A model generated the notes under the pieces. The model did no database searches, was not told the DNA's origin, and worked only from the letters and a program-made list of their open reading frames with translations. The position numbers and the translations under genes were made by a program. From positions 480,001-544,000 of the forward strand of contig OZ245011.1 in the NCBI GenBank assembly GCA_965223665.1: DNA of 64,000 bases. The letters run 5' to 3'. The DNA is from Nitrospinaceae bacterium (lineage in GTDB: Bacteria; Nitrospinota; Nitrospinia; Nitrospinales; Nitrospinaceae). Shown one piece after another: positions 40,878-51,922 of the stretch (positions are counted from its first letter, which is position 1; the number at the start of each line of letters is the position of its first letter).

Positions 40878-42842
40878 ATGGTAGATAAAATATATAATCC
40901 CCCCTCCCGAATTCAAGAAGGAGCGTGGGTTAAAAATATGGAAGATTATCGTAAAATGTATGAAAAGTCTGTGGAAGATCCCGAAGATTTTTGGGATGAA
41001 CAGGCAGAAAACTTTGTTTGGTACAAAAAGTGGGAAAAGGTTAGAGACTTTAATTACGATACCCGAAAGGGAAAAGTCTTTGTTGAATGGTTTCGCGGAG
41101 CTAAAACTAATATTACTGTAAATTGTTTAGACAGGCATATTGAATCGAAAGGAGATCAAGTCGCAATTATTTGGGAAGGAAATGAGCCAGGCGACTCAAA
41201 GAATATTACATATAAGCAATTATTAGCTGAAGTTTGTAAATTTGCCAATGTTCTAAAGAAGCATGGAGTGAAAAAGGGTGACCGAGTTTCCATTTATTTA
41301 CCAATGGTTCCCGAACTGGCTATTGCAATGCTAGCTTGTGCCCGAATTGGGGCTATTCATTCAATCGTTTTTGGAGGATTTTCTCCTACGGCGTTGGGTG
41401 ACCGAATCGTAGATTCGTCTTGTTCGGTTCTGATAACCTCTGATGGTGCATATCGCGGAGCAAAAGATATTTCTTTAAAATCTAATGCCGATGAAGCTAT
41501 GGATTTGGCTAAAAATGAAGGTGTGGAAATAAAAGCTTGTATCGTAGTTAAACGAACGGGTACTGATATTCAAATGCAAACGGATCGTGATAGTTGGTGG
41601 AATGATGAAATGAAAAATGCTTCAGAGGAGTGTGATCCGGAAGTTTTGGATGCGGAGGACCCTTTGTTTATTCTCTATACATCGGGCTCTACAGGAAAAC
41701 CTAAAGGGGTTCAACATAACGTGGGTGGCTATATGATTTATACCGCACTCACTCATAAATATATATTCGATTATCATGATGGTGATATTTGGTGGTGTAC
41801 AGCAGATATCGGCTGGGTTACTGGACATTCATATATAATTTATGGTCCTTTGGCTAATGGGGCGACCACTCTTATGTTTGAAGGCATTCCTACCTATCCC
41901 GATGCAGGACGATTTTGGGATGTGGTAGACCGACATAAAGTGACTCAATTTTATACAGCTCCTACTGCAATCCGCGCACTTATGTCTCATGGGGAAGAAA
42001 TTCCGGCAAAATATAATTTATCTACTCTAAAAGTTTTAGGCTCCGTTGGGGAACCGATTAATCCAGAAGCTTGGCGTTGGTATTTTAAAAATATTGGGCG
42101 AGGTAATTGTCCAGTGGTGGACACGTGGTGGCAAACGGAAACGGGAGGTATTTTAATAACTCCACTACCAGGATGTACCCCATGTAAACCTGGTTCGGCA
42201 ACATTTCCATTTTTTGGTGTAAAACCGGTAGTCATTGAAGCTGAAACTGGAAAGGTGATTGAGGGTAATGGGGTGTCAGGAGTATTAGCTTTGGAAGAGA
42301 CTTGGCCCGGTCAAATGCGAACAGTTTATGGTGACCACGAGCGGTTTGAAGAAACCTACTTCAAATTATTTCCAGGCTATTACTTTACCGGAGACGGTTG
42401 CACGCGAGATGAAGATGGCTATTATTGGGTCACTGGAAGAGTGGATGATGTCATAAATGTATCAGGACATCGTATAGGAACAGCAGAGGTTGAATCGGCT
42501 TTAGTACTTCATAATAAAGTTGCGGAAGCTGCTGTAGTAGGTTTTCCACATGAAATTAAAGGGCAGGGGATTTATGCTTACACAACTTTAATGGACAATG
42601 TGGAATATACAGATGAACTCAAAAAAGAATTGATCCAATTTGTTAGAAAAGAAATTGGGGCAATCGCGACTCCGGATGTTATTCATTGGGCTCCAGGTCT
42701 ACCCAAAACTCGCTCAGGAAAAATAATGCGTCGTATTCTTCGAAAAATTGCCGCTGATGAAGCCGATCAACTAGGAGATGTTTCGACCCTTGCGGATCCT
42801 TCAGTGGTAGATCATTTAAAAGCTACCTATAAGAAAACTTAA
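40878..42842 (+). CDS. acs: Acetyl-CoA synthetase
   Basis: [42 protein letters not shown]. Confidence 0.97.
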   Translation: MVDKIYNPPSRIQEGAWVKNMEDYRKMYEKSVEDPEDFWDEQAENFVWYKKWEKVRDFNYDTRKGKVFVEWFRGAKTNITVNCLDRHIESKGDQVAIIWEGNEPGDSKNITYKQLLAEVCKFANVLKKHGVKKGDRVSIYLPMVPELAIAMLACARIGAIHSIVFGGFSPTALGDRIVDSSCSVLITSDGAYRGAKDISLKSNADEAMDLAKNEGVEIKACIVVKRTGTDIQMQTDRDSWWNDEMKNASEECDPEVLDAEDPLFILYTSGSTGKPKGVQHNVGGYMIYTALTHKYIFDYHDGDIWWCTADIGWVTGHSYIIYGPLANGATTLMFEGIPTYPDAGRFWDVVDRHKVTQFYTAPTAIRALMSHGEEIPAKYNLSTLKVLGSVGEPINPEAWRWYFKNIGRGNCPVVDTWWQTETGGILITPLPGCTPCKPGSATFPFFGVKPVVIEAETGKVIEGNGVSGVLALEETWPGQMRTVYGDHERFEETYFKLFPGYYFTGDGCTRDEDGYYWVTGRVDDVINVSGHRIGTAEVESALVLHNKVAEAAVVGFPHEIKGQGIYAYTTLMDNVEYTDELKKELIQFVRKEIGAIATPDVIHWAPGLPKTRSGKIMRRILRKIAADEADQLGDVSTLADPSVVDHLKATYKKT

Positions 42843-42846
42843 TACT

Positions 42847-43586
42847 TTAATTAGAATTTTCAATTTTACCAATTATCTTTAATATCATTGGCCGAATTTC
42901 TTCATAAGTGGGTGGCTGTTTTCTATTGAAAAAACCATAGGTTTGATGACGAGAAGGGAAGTAGCCATCTAAATGATAGAGGCGCTCGTCTTCTTTTAAG
43001 TTTCCTAATTCTCGATCGATTTGATTGGTGTGCTCATAACTGCCTAAAGAAATTGTATAAGCTTTGTATCCTTTACTATCGGTTACAACAAATGAGTAAA
43101 ATATACTTTGTTGACTTTGTAATGGATCAAAATATTGAAAAGCAAAAACCTTCCGATTATTTACCAGAATTTGTTCACGACAATATCTATCCTTTTTTTT
43201 AAACTCTGGGTTTTTTGAATTTTTCCTATTGTTAAATAATATTTCTATCACTTGATCTCTTGACTTTCTGTCACCCAAAGCTTGATAAGTCTGTATGAGC
43301 TTTGCTAATACTCGCCAATCGTCTGGTTGTATTTTTTGATATCTTTTCCAATATCGGAGTGCTTCCTGATATTGAGAAACTTCTGTTGAAGTAATTCCAA
43401 GGTTCCAAAGAATTGCGGGATTGTTTGGAAAGGTTTCTAAAGCGTATTGTAATACCTGATTGCTTCTAAGTAATTTCCTTCTTGTTGATTCTTGATGCCT
43501 TGATTAAATGCTTCTTCAGGAGTTATGTGATTTTCTACGGAAACCTGAAATAAAAGAGAAAAAATTAATACAAAAGAGGAGGACAT
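42847..43586 (-). pseudogene. Frameshifted exported TPR protein (pseudogene or sequencing error)
   Basis: Frame A from ATG 43586 gives MSSSFVLIFSLLFQVS..PEEAFNQGIKNQQEGNYLEAIRYY and then stops. A shifted frame continues QYALETFPNNPAILWNLG..YQEALRYW..QTYQALGDRK into the 143-aa ORF. The offset equals a 1-nt deletion near 43440-43503. Confidence 0.75.
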
Positions 43587-43725
43587 TTCATATTTCCTTA
43601 TTGCAGGGTTGACAAATGAATAAGAAAAAACCTAATATCAAAAAATATCACCGACCTCATTCATTTTAAAAAGTATATTTCGAAAGCTAATTAGCTTCTT
43701 TATCTTGTTCATGTAAGAGAGATTC

Positions 43726-45033
43726 ATGTCTAAAAAAAAAGAACGCGGGTTACGGGAGTTATACGAACAGGATCCTGAAAGAGCAGATGCCGAAATTTGG
43801 GGAAGAAAACCGGAATCGCTTTCTCGAAGAGGGTTCTTGCGAAAATCTGGTTTGGCAGCCATGAGCCTTGCATTGGGTGCACATATTCCATTTTTCCGTA
43901 ACATGCCAGCTGGTTTTATACCTGCTGCATTGGCCGATCCCACCAATCAAAGGATAATTAAGGGAAAAGAAGGTTTAACAGTATTAAATGATAGGCCGTT
44001 GAATGCAGAACCCGCCCCACATCAATTAGATGATGATATCACACCAAAGGAAATTCATTTTGTTAGAAACAACGGGTTACTCCCAGAAAAAACAAAAGAT
44101 CCTGATAAATGGAAAATAACTATAGAAGGTGAAGTGCATAAAGCACTTAAAATTACACTCGGAGAATTGAAACAAAACTTTAAATCCCATTCCTTTGCTT
44201 TGCAAATGGAATGTGGAGGTAATGGTCGAGCGGGTTATTTTCCTTCCGCAAAAGGGAATCAATGGAAATTTGGAGCGGTAGGATGCTCCAAATATAAAGG
44301 GGTTCGTCTTAATGATGTTTTAACTGCTGCTGGTCTAAAGAACAATGCAACATTTACCGGTTATTATGGGGCCGATTCTCACCTTTCTGGGAATCCAGAA
44401 AAAGATTCTATTTCTCGAGGGACGCCAATTGAGAAAGCTCTGGAAGATCATACAATTATTGCCTGGGAAATGAATGGAGATCCACTTCCATTGCTGCACG
44501 GTTATCCAGTTCGATTGGTAACACCAGGTTGGCCAGGTTCTACATCTCCTAAATGGTTAAAGAAAATTTGGGTAAGGGATCGAGTTCATGATGGGCAAAA
44601 AATGGACAAATATCGAGTTCCTAGATTTCCGGTGAAACCAGGCTCAAAAGTTTCGATGGAAGATATGGAAATAATTGAGTCCATGCCCGTTAAATCGTTA
44701 ATAACTTTTCCAAAAACTGGAATTACCACAAAAGAGGGGAAAGTAATTTCAATTCGGGGCCATGCTTGGGCAGGCGAGCGATCTATTAAGGATGTTCACC
44801 TTTCTTATGATTTTGGAGCTACTTGGATTCATGCGATTCTAGAAAAACCAACCAATCGTTACGCCTGGCAACATTGGAACTTAAAGTTTCGTCTTCCCAG
44901 TAAAGGATATTTTGAAATTTGGGCACGTGCTACTGATAGCCAGGGAATTATGCAACCCATGGTTGTTCCAGGTTGGAATCCTTCTGGTTATATTAACAAT
45001 GCTATGCACCGAATTGCTGTTACGGTAGTGTGA
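43726..45033 (+). CDS. sorA: Tat-exported sulfite-oxidase-family molybdoenzyme (SorA/SorT-like)
   Basis: SRRGFLRK, FVRNNG, Mo-ligand ECGGNGR, HGYPVRL..PGW, KWL, YAWQHW. Confidence 0.85.
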   Translation: MSKKKERGLRELYEQDPERADAEIWGRKPESLSRRGFLRKSGLAAMSLALGAHIPFFRNMPAGFIPAALADPTNQRIIKGKEGLTVLNDRPLNAEPAPHQLDDDITPKEIHFVRNNGLLPEKTKDPDKWKITIEGEVHKALKITLGELKQNFKSHSFALQMECGGNGRAGYFPSAKGNQWKFGAVGCSKYKGVRLNDVLTAAGLKNNATFTGYYGADSHLSGNPEKDSISRGTPIEKALEDHTIIAWEMNGDPLPLLHGYPVRLVTPGWPGSTSPKWLKKIWVRDRVHDGQKMDKYRVPRFPVKPGSKVSMEDMEIIESMPVKSLITFPKTGITTKEGKVISIRGHAWAGERSIKDVHLSYDFGATWIHAILEKPTNRYAWQHWNLKFRLPSKGYFEIWARATDSQGIMQPMVVPGWNPSGYINNAMHRIAVTVV

Positions 45034-45398
45034 TGAAGTTAAGAATTTTTCTTTTATTGATTATTTTTATCATTTCAAAAGCATCACACTTGTCAGCTTC
45101 AGAGTTGGTATCCAACCTGCCAGAGGGGGAAGGAAGGGACTTGGTAATAGAAAATTGTACCGCATGTCATACAGCATCCATTATTAAACAAAATCGAATG
45201 AATCGTAAAGAATGGAATGAAACCATTGATTGGATGCAAAAAAATCAGGGGATGTGGGAGTTGGAAACTGCGGAGAGAAACATAATTTTAAACTACCTTG
45301 CCGGACACTTAGGGAAAAAGGAGAGTTCTTTGGGTTCTGAAGGGAATCAAAGGTCAAACCCAATGTATGAATTTCAGTATTTACCTAATCCACTTTGA
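45030..45398 (+). CDS. sorB: Monoheme cytochrome c partner of the sulfite dehydrogenase (SorB/SorU-like)
   Basis: Signal peptide, LPEGEG..V..NCTACH, W..TIDWM. Overlaps the sorA stop. Confidence 0.8.
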   Translation: MMKLRIFLLLIIFIISKASHLSASELVSNLPEGEGRDLVIENCTACHTASIIKQNRMNRKEWNETIDWMQKNQGMWELETAERNIILNYLAGHLGKKESSLGSEGNQRSNPMYEFQYLPNPL

Positions 45399-45452
45399 TA
45401 CTTCAACTTCTTGTTAGAAATTTTTTAATTCTAAAGGAGTGCAATTTACGGG

Positions 45453-45487
45453 ATCATGGAGTTGATGTTTTCAACTCCATGATTTTT
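45453..45487 (+). terminator. Strong hairpin/terminator downstream of sorAB
   Basis: Perfect 13-bp stem ATCATGGAGTTGA/TCAACTCCATGAT followed by TTTT. Confidence 0.65.
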
Positions 45488-45555
45488 CGCAAGGCGGCGA
45501 AAAGAGAAAGGCTTTCCTCCCTCCCCAAATGTATTGAGCTATTGATTCAAATTGA

Positions 45556-45584
45556 AAGATACATCACCAAATTTATCCTGTCAA
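45556..45584 (-). promoter_or_regulatory. Near-consensus sigma70 promoter with no downstream gene
   Basis: TTGACA-17 nt-TATCTT on the minus strand. Confidence 0.45.
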
Positions 45585-45681
45585 CGAAATAATTTGATTT
45601 ATTTTGACTTATGGCGTTTTCCCCAGTTTTATTCACAGTATATTCACAGGAGCTTTAAGTGGAATTACGATTTTAAGGGAC

Positions 45682-48018
45682 TTACATATTTTGCAGTGCT
45701 AAAAGTTGTTTTACTTTTCTTAAACCATTTTTAGCTTGGAAATCTAAGGGTTGATGATGAAGGGCTTTTTTAAAAGCGTGGCGAGATTCTATTAAGCGGT
45801 TAAGCTTCAAATATACTAAACCTAAACCTGTATGAACCTGTGGCCAATTGGGGTGGCGCTTTAATTCCTTTAAAAATGTATTCAAGGCTTCGTTGTATTT
45901 TTTTTGTTTGATTAAAACAAGACCCAATTTGGTTTGAGCGCTGGTTATTATATGAGTAGTCCTGTTATTTCCTACAAATTTTGCAGCTTCTTTAATAGGA
46001 GTTGCTTCTGGATTTCTTTTAATGCTTTTCTTTAAATAATCTTCTGCAAGTTTATAATTTTTAAGGATTAAATAGTTATAACCCAGTCCTTTCATTGCTT
46101 CAGAAGATCGAGGATATTTATGCAAAGCATATTTAAAATGTTCAACTGAGATATTATTTTTTCCCTTATGGTAATAGGCCCAGCCTAAATGATTATAAAT
46201 TTGCCAACCATAACGTTCCCGATCAATCAGTTCTCTAAATTGGTCCGAGTAAGCAATATCGGGTTCCAGTTCGGTGGCTTTTAAAAAATACTCAACTCCT
46301 AAATCTGGATCCTCAAATTTATAGTAAAGCCAACCTAAGGCCATATAGGCGGAGGATTGTTTTGGGAGACTTTTTACTTTTTCCAGGAAATAATGTTTTG
46401 AAGTTTTTGTATCCCAACTTAGAAGAACACTCCAATCCAACTCATGAGAAAAATCTTTTTGCTTAGGCTGTAACTGCTCTACTTGAATTAAATACTGGGT
46501 TGCTAAGTCATAGTTTCCAATATAAAAATTAGCTAAACCCAAACCTTTTATTCTCTCAAGGTTGTGTTTTTTTGAAGGGGAAAGCCGCTCAAAGTTTTGG
46601 ATAGCCAATTTATATTGTCCTTTTTCAATTTGGCTATATCCCAGTTTACTGTATGCTTTGGATAGGGAATTAGTTAAGATTGCTTCATGTTTATGGTCTT
46701 GGATGTATTCATAATATAGGTGTGAGGCTGTTTTGAAATTTCCCTCTGCAAAGGCCTTATCTGCCAATTCCAATCGATCAGAATCTGGAGCTTGAAGATG
46801 ATCAATTCCTTTTAAGGCATCTGGATCATTTGGGTTTCTCAATAGTGCTTTTTGAAAATACTCCGCAGCAGTTTCCGGATCGTTATTATCAAAATAAATC
46901 CAACCAAGCATACTCCAGGGATGTGACCATTCTGGATATTTTCTAATTAGTTTTTTATAAAGATTTTTGGATAAAGAGTATTTTCCCCAATCGTAATATC
47001 GTTTGGCTACAAGTGATTTGGTTTTCAAGACTTCATCTACACTTTTTAAACCTTGCTGTGCCCCAATAAATCCAGGATTTTGATCCAGAATTTCTAGGAA
47101 AAGTATTCTAGCTTCAATAAGCTCTTCATTTTTTAATAAGCACCAGGCTAAGCCATTTTTTGCATCCAATGTTTTTTGTTGTTCAGGGGGTAGACTTTGT
47201 ATTAAACGTAATGCCTTTTTGTATCTTTTTTGGTTATAGGCTTCCCAGGCTTTTTGGATTTTCAAACTTTTTTTGTGCTTCGGCAAAGTAAATAAAATGC
47301 TTCTATAACGAGGGGCTTCCGCCTCTGAAGCAAAAATCTTGATTGGGCTTTTCGGATTTTGGAAAGCATAATGTGGTTTGTAAGGTTGGTTATTCTCTGA
47401 TTTGGACCATTCATTAATAAGTTCATAAACATATTGAAAGGGATAGATTTGTTCTAGTTCAATTTTAGCCAAATCAAATTGTTTTAAAAAAAGATGGCTA
47501 TAGCTTATTCCCTTTGTTGCCTGGAAAGATTCTGTATTCAATGATTTTGCTTTTTTGAAACTAATAAGTGCTTTTTCATATGACTGTAGTGCCAAATAGC
47601 ACCATCCCATCCCGATTAAATATTTAGGGTTTCTTGGATATTTAGTATGAACCTTTTCGAAATTATTTAAGGCTTTGTCGAATTGATTTTGATTGAAAAA
47701 TATCCAGGGTAGAGTTTTTAGAGCAACTGGATTTTCGGGAGAGTGAATTAAGGTTTTTTTTATGTAAAACTCAGCTAAAGAATAATTTCCCGCATAATAT
47801 TGCTGGAGGCCAAATTCTAAGTCTTTCTTAGACTGCTTATTCAATACTTTTGGAGATGGTTTCTTTTTTTGAGGCCCATCTGGAAGACGATTGAGAACTA
47901 CGTTTTCAGGATTGACTTGTGATTTCTTAGAGAAACAACCCGTAATGACCAGAATTCCATACACTATTAAAAAATAGAACATTAAATTGCTTCGGAAATT
48001 CAATGGAAATCCCTTCAT
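45682..48018 (-). CDS. Large TPR-repeat protein, probable lipoprotein
   Basis: ITGC lipobox-like motif. Many LGW/LGY..A...F TPR units. Confidence 0.88.
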   Translation of the reverse strand: MKGFPLNFRSNLMFYFLIVYGILVITGCFSKKSQVNPENVVLNRLPDGPQKKKPSPKVLNKQSKKDLEFGLQQYYAGNYSLAEFYIKKTLIHSPENPVALKTLPWIFFNQNQFDKALNNFEKVHTKYPRNPKYLIGMGWCYLALQSYEKALISFKKAKSLNTESFQATKGISYSHLFLKQFDLAKIELEQIYPFQYVYELINEWSKSENNQPYKPHYAFQNPKSPIKIFASEAEAPRYRSILFTLPKHKKSLKIQKAWEAYNQKRYKKALRLIQSLPPEQQKTLDAKNGLAWCLLKNEELIEARILFLEILDQNPGFIGAQQGLKSVDEVLKTKSLVAKRYYDWGKYSLSKNLYKKLIRKYPEWSHPWSMLGWIYFDNNDPETAAEYFQKALLRNPNDPDALKGIDHLQAPDSDRLELADKAFAEGNFKTASHLYYEYIQDHKHEAILTNSLSKAYSKLGYSQIEKGQYKLAIQNFERLSPSKKHNLERIKGLGLANFYIGNYDLATQYLIQVEQLQPKQKDFSHELDWSVLLSWDTKTSKHYFLEKVKSLPKQSSAYMALGWLYYKFEDPDLGVEYFLKATELEPDIAYSDQFRELIDRERYGWQIYNHLGWAYYHKGKNNISVEHFKYALHKYPRSSEAMKGLGYNYLILKNYKLAEDYLKKSIKRNPEATPIKEAAKFVGNNRTTHIITSAQTKLGLVLIKQKKYNEALNTFLKELKRHPNWPQVHTGLGLVYLKLNRLIESRHAFKKALHHQPLDFQAKNGLRKVKQLLALQNM

Positions 48019-48174
48019 GAAATAATTGGTTTAAAGGTTTATTATCGGCAATATTTGCCTAAATTTTAGGGTTTTTCTTAGAAGTGGGGTGTGGATATTT
48101 TGAAAGAAAAATTTTTAGCGGATTGTGATTGAATAAGGTATTATTCCCTTTTTCACGATTATTTGACAGGAATT

Positions 48175-49068
48175 ATGAAACTTCTAAATATAGCTTTTTT
48201 AATATTGGGGATTTTCTTATTTGGGTGTGAGGGCAAAGATGTTTCTGTGCAAAAGAAAACAGCACCCTTAATATCTGAAATTGAGAAGGAAACGACCCTT
48301 TCAGAATCAGAAACAGAAAAATTAGAATCCAAAAAGCCTGCAGAACTAACTCCTGAGCAAAAGCAAAAAGCCGCCCTGGCCCCTGAAGGGATGGTTTTTA
48401 TAAAAGGAGGATGTTTTCAAATGGGTAACAATCAGGCACAGGAAGATGAAAAATGGGAACACGAAGTCTGTTTGGATGATTTTTATTTAGATAAATATGA
48501 AGTTACCCAAGCCAGATGGTCGAAAATAATGGGTTTTAACCCATCCAAATTTATTGGCGACAATCTTCCGGTTGAACAAGTGAGTTTTGATGATACCCAG
48601 GAGTTTATAAAAAAATCAGGAGGTAATTGTCGTCTTCCAACAGAAGCCGAATGGGAATATGCTGCCCGAGCAGGTGCCGACACTCGCTATTACTGGGGAA
48701 ATTTGATGGATGGTTCTTTTGCCTGGTTTGAAGATAACTCTGAAAAAAAGACTCATCCGGTAGGGAAAAAGAAACCTAATGATTTTGGGCTTTATGACAT
48801 GATGGGTAATGTATGGGAATGGACTTCGGATTGGTATGAGCTCCTATATTCAAAAGAAAAACAAATCAATCCTAAAGGTCCTCAAAAAGGTGAGAATAAA
48901 GTGATTCGAGGTGGATCTTTCATTTCTTCTGCAGGGGCGTTAAGAATAACCAACCGCACATGGCTCCATCCGGCAAACCGGGTTTATACGAAGATTACAA
49001 GTTATGCCGGAATTTCTAACGAGATTTTCAACTATGTTGGGTTTCGATGTGCAAAGTCAGCAAAATAA
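48175..49068 (+). CDS. FGE-sulfatase-domain lipoprotein
   Basis: LFGC lipobox, FQMG, RLPTEAEWEYAARAG, PNDFGLYDMMGNVWEW, GFRC. Confidence 0.9.
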   Translation: MKLLNIAFLILGIFLFGCEGKDVSVQKKTAPLISEIEKETTLSESETEKLESKKPAELTPEQKQKAALAPEGMVFIKGGCFQMGNNQAQEDEKWEHEVCLDDFYLDKYEVTQARWSKIMGFNPSKFIGDNLPVEQVSFDDTQEFIKKSGGNCRLPTEAEWEYAARAGADTRYYWGNLMDGSFAWFEDNSEKKTHPVGKKKPNDFGLYDMMGNVWEWTSDWYELLYSKEKQINPKGPQKGENKVIRGGSFISSAGALRITNRTWLHPANRVYTKITSYAGISNEIFNYVGFRCAKSAK

Positions 49069-49112
49069 AAAATAAACGCTCTCAATTAATGAAAAGAAAT
49101 AGAATATTTTGT

Positions 49113-49547
49113 TTAAAGATCTTGGCAATCTTTACAGACTCCAAACAGATCTAATTTGTGAGAGGTCATTTTAAACTCATGCTCTGAAGCAACTTTTTCC
49201 TGGAGCTTTTCAATCATTTGATTATGAAACTCTATTATTTTCCCACACTTTGTGCAGATCATGTGATCGTGATGACCGTGTAAATATTTATGCTCATAAC
49301 GTTTTTGACCGTCACCGAAATCCAATTCTGAAGCTAGACCGCTTTCAGTAAGTAAAGAAAGAGTTCTATAAACCGTAGCCAAACCTATTTTAGGTTCTTT
49401 ATCTGAAACAATTCGGTACAAATCCTCAGCGCTGACATGGTCCTCGATTCCAAGGAACGCCTCTAATACGGCTCGTCTTTGTTTAGTGACTTTCAGTTTA
49501 TGTTGAGAGATATAGCTCTCTAAAATTTCTTGTTCTTTACTTGGCAT
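49113..49547 (-). CDS. fur: Fur-family transcriptional regulator
   Basis: TKQRRAVL, HVSAEDLY, GLATVYRTL, HHDHMICTKCG, CKDC. Confidence 0.92.
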   Translation of the reverse strand: MPSKEQEILESYISQHKLKVTKQRRAVLEAFLGIEDHVSAEDLYRIVSDKEPKIGLATVYRTLSLLTESGLASELDFGDGQKRYEHKYLHGHHDHMICTKCGKIIEFHNQMIEKLQEKVASEHEFKMTSHKLDLFGVCKDCQDL

Positions 49548-49636
49548 GATTTATTCCCAAAATTTATAGAAATCTAACATTTCACATTTCTGGAGTCAAA
49601 TCTACATTAAGGAGATTAAGTCAGGAATAGACCGGA

Positions 49637-50899
49637 TTATTTTATATGAATTTCCATTTCAGAAACCAAAGTTTCTGCATTAATTTCTGTTTGGCTACCT
49701 TCATCCATATTTTTTAATACATATTTACCACTGGTAACTTCATTTTCCCCAATTATAAGAACGAATCGACTATTCATTTTATTTGCTTTTCGCATTTGGC
49801 TTTTCAGGCTACCTCCGGTAATTTCTCTTTCTACTTTGAGCCCGGATGCTCTTAATTGGTGGATTAAGGGGAATGAAATTTTATTGGCTGCTTCCCCAAG
49901 AATTACTACGAAAATATCTGGCCTATTTTGAAAATTAACAAAAGCTTTTTCAGGAATTATTGAAATGAGACGCTCCATTCCTACTGCAAATCCAAAACAC
50001 GGAGTTTCAGGTCCATCAAACTCTTTAACTAGACTGTCATAGCGTCCACCACCACAAACTGCATTTTGCGATCCTAACCCTTCGTGGGCAATTACTTCAA
50101 AAGTTGTTTTTGTATAGTAGTCTAAACCACGTACCAATTGCCCATTTACTGTATAACGTGTCTCAATGGAATCTAATAATTCTTTAACTAAATTAAAGTC
50201 TTCTTTACATTGATCGCATAAATGGTCTTTAGTTTGAGGCAATGTTTTTGCGATTTCTCGGTCTCGTTCCACCTTACAATCAAGTACCCGTAAAGGATTT
50301 CTTTCATATCGTTGGTTGCAATTAGGGCAAAGCTCATCCAAATGTTTTTTAATGGAATCTTTTAAAATATCCCGATATTGGGGTCGGCAGTTTTTGCAGC
50401 CCAAAGAATTGATTTGAAGTTCTAATTGATCTAACCCTAATGCTTTGAATAATTCTATTAGCATGGACATTACTTCAACATCAATGGTTGGACTTGCGGA
50501 ACCCATCGCCTCCACCCCGATTTGGTAAAACTGGCGAAATCGGCCCGCTTGAGGTCTTTCATATCGAAACATGGGACCTAAGTAATAAAGCTTGGTAATC
50601 TGTCCTGGGCCATACATTTTATGCTCAATAAATGAACGAACTACCGAGGCTGTTCCTTCAGGACGTAAAGTAATTTCTTCTCCCCCTCTATCCTTAAAGG
50701 TGTACATTTCTTTTTCTACAATATCTGTTGTTTCACCGATGCTTCTTTTGAATAAATTTGTGCTTTCAAAAATAGGCAGACGAATTTCCTGGAAACCGTA
50801 GCGGGGAAATATTCTTCGCAAGGTTGATTCGACCCATTGCCATTTTTCAACCTCTCCTGGAAGGATATCTTTGACTCCACGAATACTTTTAAATTTCAT
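49637..50899 (-). CDS. hisS: Histidyl-tRNA synthetase
   Basis: LRPEGTA, FRYERPQAGRFRQF, VRGLDYY, GGGRYD. Confidence 0.98.
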   Translation of the reverse strand: MKFKSIRGVKDILPGEVEKWQWVESTLRRIFPRYGFQEIRLPIFESTNLFKRSIGETTDIVEKEMYTFKDRGGEEITLRPEGTASVVRSFIEHKMYGPGQITKLYYLGPMFRYERPQAGRFRQFYQIGVEAMGSASPTIDVEVMSMLIELFKALGLDQLELQINSLGCKNCRPQYRDILKDSIKKHLDELCPNCNQRYERNPLRVLDCKVERDREIAKTLPQTKDHLCDQCKEDFNLVKELLDSIETRYTVNGQLVRGLDYYTKTTFEVIAHEGLGSQNAVCGGGRYDSLVKEFDGPETPCFGFAVGMERLISIIPEKAFVNFQNRPDIFVVILGEAANKISFPLIHQLRASGLKVEREITGGSLKSQMRKANKMNSRFVLIIGENEVTSGKYVLKNMDEGSQTEINAETLVSEMEIHIK

Positions 50900-50932
50900 A
50901 GGGGTTGGGTGTTAGAGAATTGAAATTATAAA

Positions 50933-51922
50933 TTATTTTAGAAATCGTTCCATAAGTTGAATTTCACTGGTGCTACCAATAAAAAGTGGAACTCTTTGAT
51001 GTATTTCTTTTGGGGTAATTTCCAGCATTCGCTGCTTTCCATTTGAGGCGCGACCTCCCGCATTTTCAACAATAAAGGCCAAAGGTGCAGCCTCAAAAGC
51101 AAACCTTAACTTACCATTTGGATTATTTTTATCTCCGGGATACATAAAAATTCCACCTTTAAGTAGGGTTCTATGAAAATCGGAAACTAGAGATCCTATA
51201 TAGCGAAGCTTGTAGGGACGCTTGGTACTTTTATCGCTTTCCTTAAGGTAACGAATTAAGTTTTGCTGATTATCATCCCAATTTTGCTTATTCCCTTCAT
51301 TTGCACTGTAAGTGCTACCGGATTGTGGAATTTTGATATTTGGGTGTGAAAGGAAAAATTCTCCCAAAGCTGGGTCTAATGTAAAACCATGGACACCGCT
51401 TCCGGAGGAATAAATAAACATGGTACTTGGCCCATAAACGATGTAGCCCGCCGCTACTTGTTGATCTCCCTTTTGTAGAATATCTTCTTCACGAACATCA
51501 GTTCCATCGCTTTTCTTTCGGTAAATGGAAAATATGGTACCAATGCTAACATTTACGTCTATATTTGAAGAACCGTCCAAGGGATCCATCATAAAAATGT
51601 ACTTACCTGCGCGATCGGGAGGAATAATAATAGGTTTTTCATTTTCCTCCGAAGTTATTGCACATATATTTCCAGATTCCCCCACAATTTTTATGAAAAT
51701 TTCATTTGCGTATTCATCCAATTTTTGTACTTCTTCTCCCTGCACGTTGACATGGCCAGTGAGTCCTAATATATCGGCCCCAATCCCAGCTTGATTTACC
51801 TGGAGAGAAACAAATTTTGCGGCTACGAGAATTTCTGTCATTAGACTAGTAAATTCACCTGTGGCACCTTCTGCAAGTTTTTCCTGCTTTCGAATGAATT
51901 GAACTAAGGTGGTCTTATCCAT
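50933..51922 (-). CDS. fbp: Fructose-1,6-bisphosphatase class 1
   Basis: GEEVQKLD, DPLDGSSNID, RYIGSLVSDFHR, GKLR. Confidence 0.96.
   Translation of the reverse strand: MDKTTLVQFIRKQEKLAEGATGEFTSLMTEILVAAKFVSLQVNQAGIGADILGLTGHVNVQGEEVQKLDEYANEIFIKIVGESGNICAITSEENEKPIIIPPDRAGKYIFMMDPLDGSSNIDVNVSIGTIFSIYRKKSDGTDVREEDILQKGDQQVAAGYIVYGPSTMFIYSSGSGVHGFTLDPALGEFFLSHPNIKIPQSGSTYSANEGNKQNWDDNQQNLIRYLKESDKSTKRPYKLRYIGSLVSDFHRTLLKGGIFMYPGDKNNPNGKLRFAFEAAPLAFIVENAGGRASNGKQRMLEITPKEIHQRVPLFIGSTSEIQLMERFLK

Noticed and set aside
43638-43946. Antisense ORFs in the track (e.g. 43638-43946, 3715-4194, 14317-14667, 56790-57203, 62862-63245)
   Set aside because: Shadow frames of well-supported genes on the opposite strand, with no motifs
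45395-45734. Short + strand ORFs of 65 and 60 aa after sorB
   Set aside because: TTG starts, no motifs, and the first runs through a terminator-like hairpin
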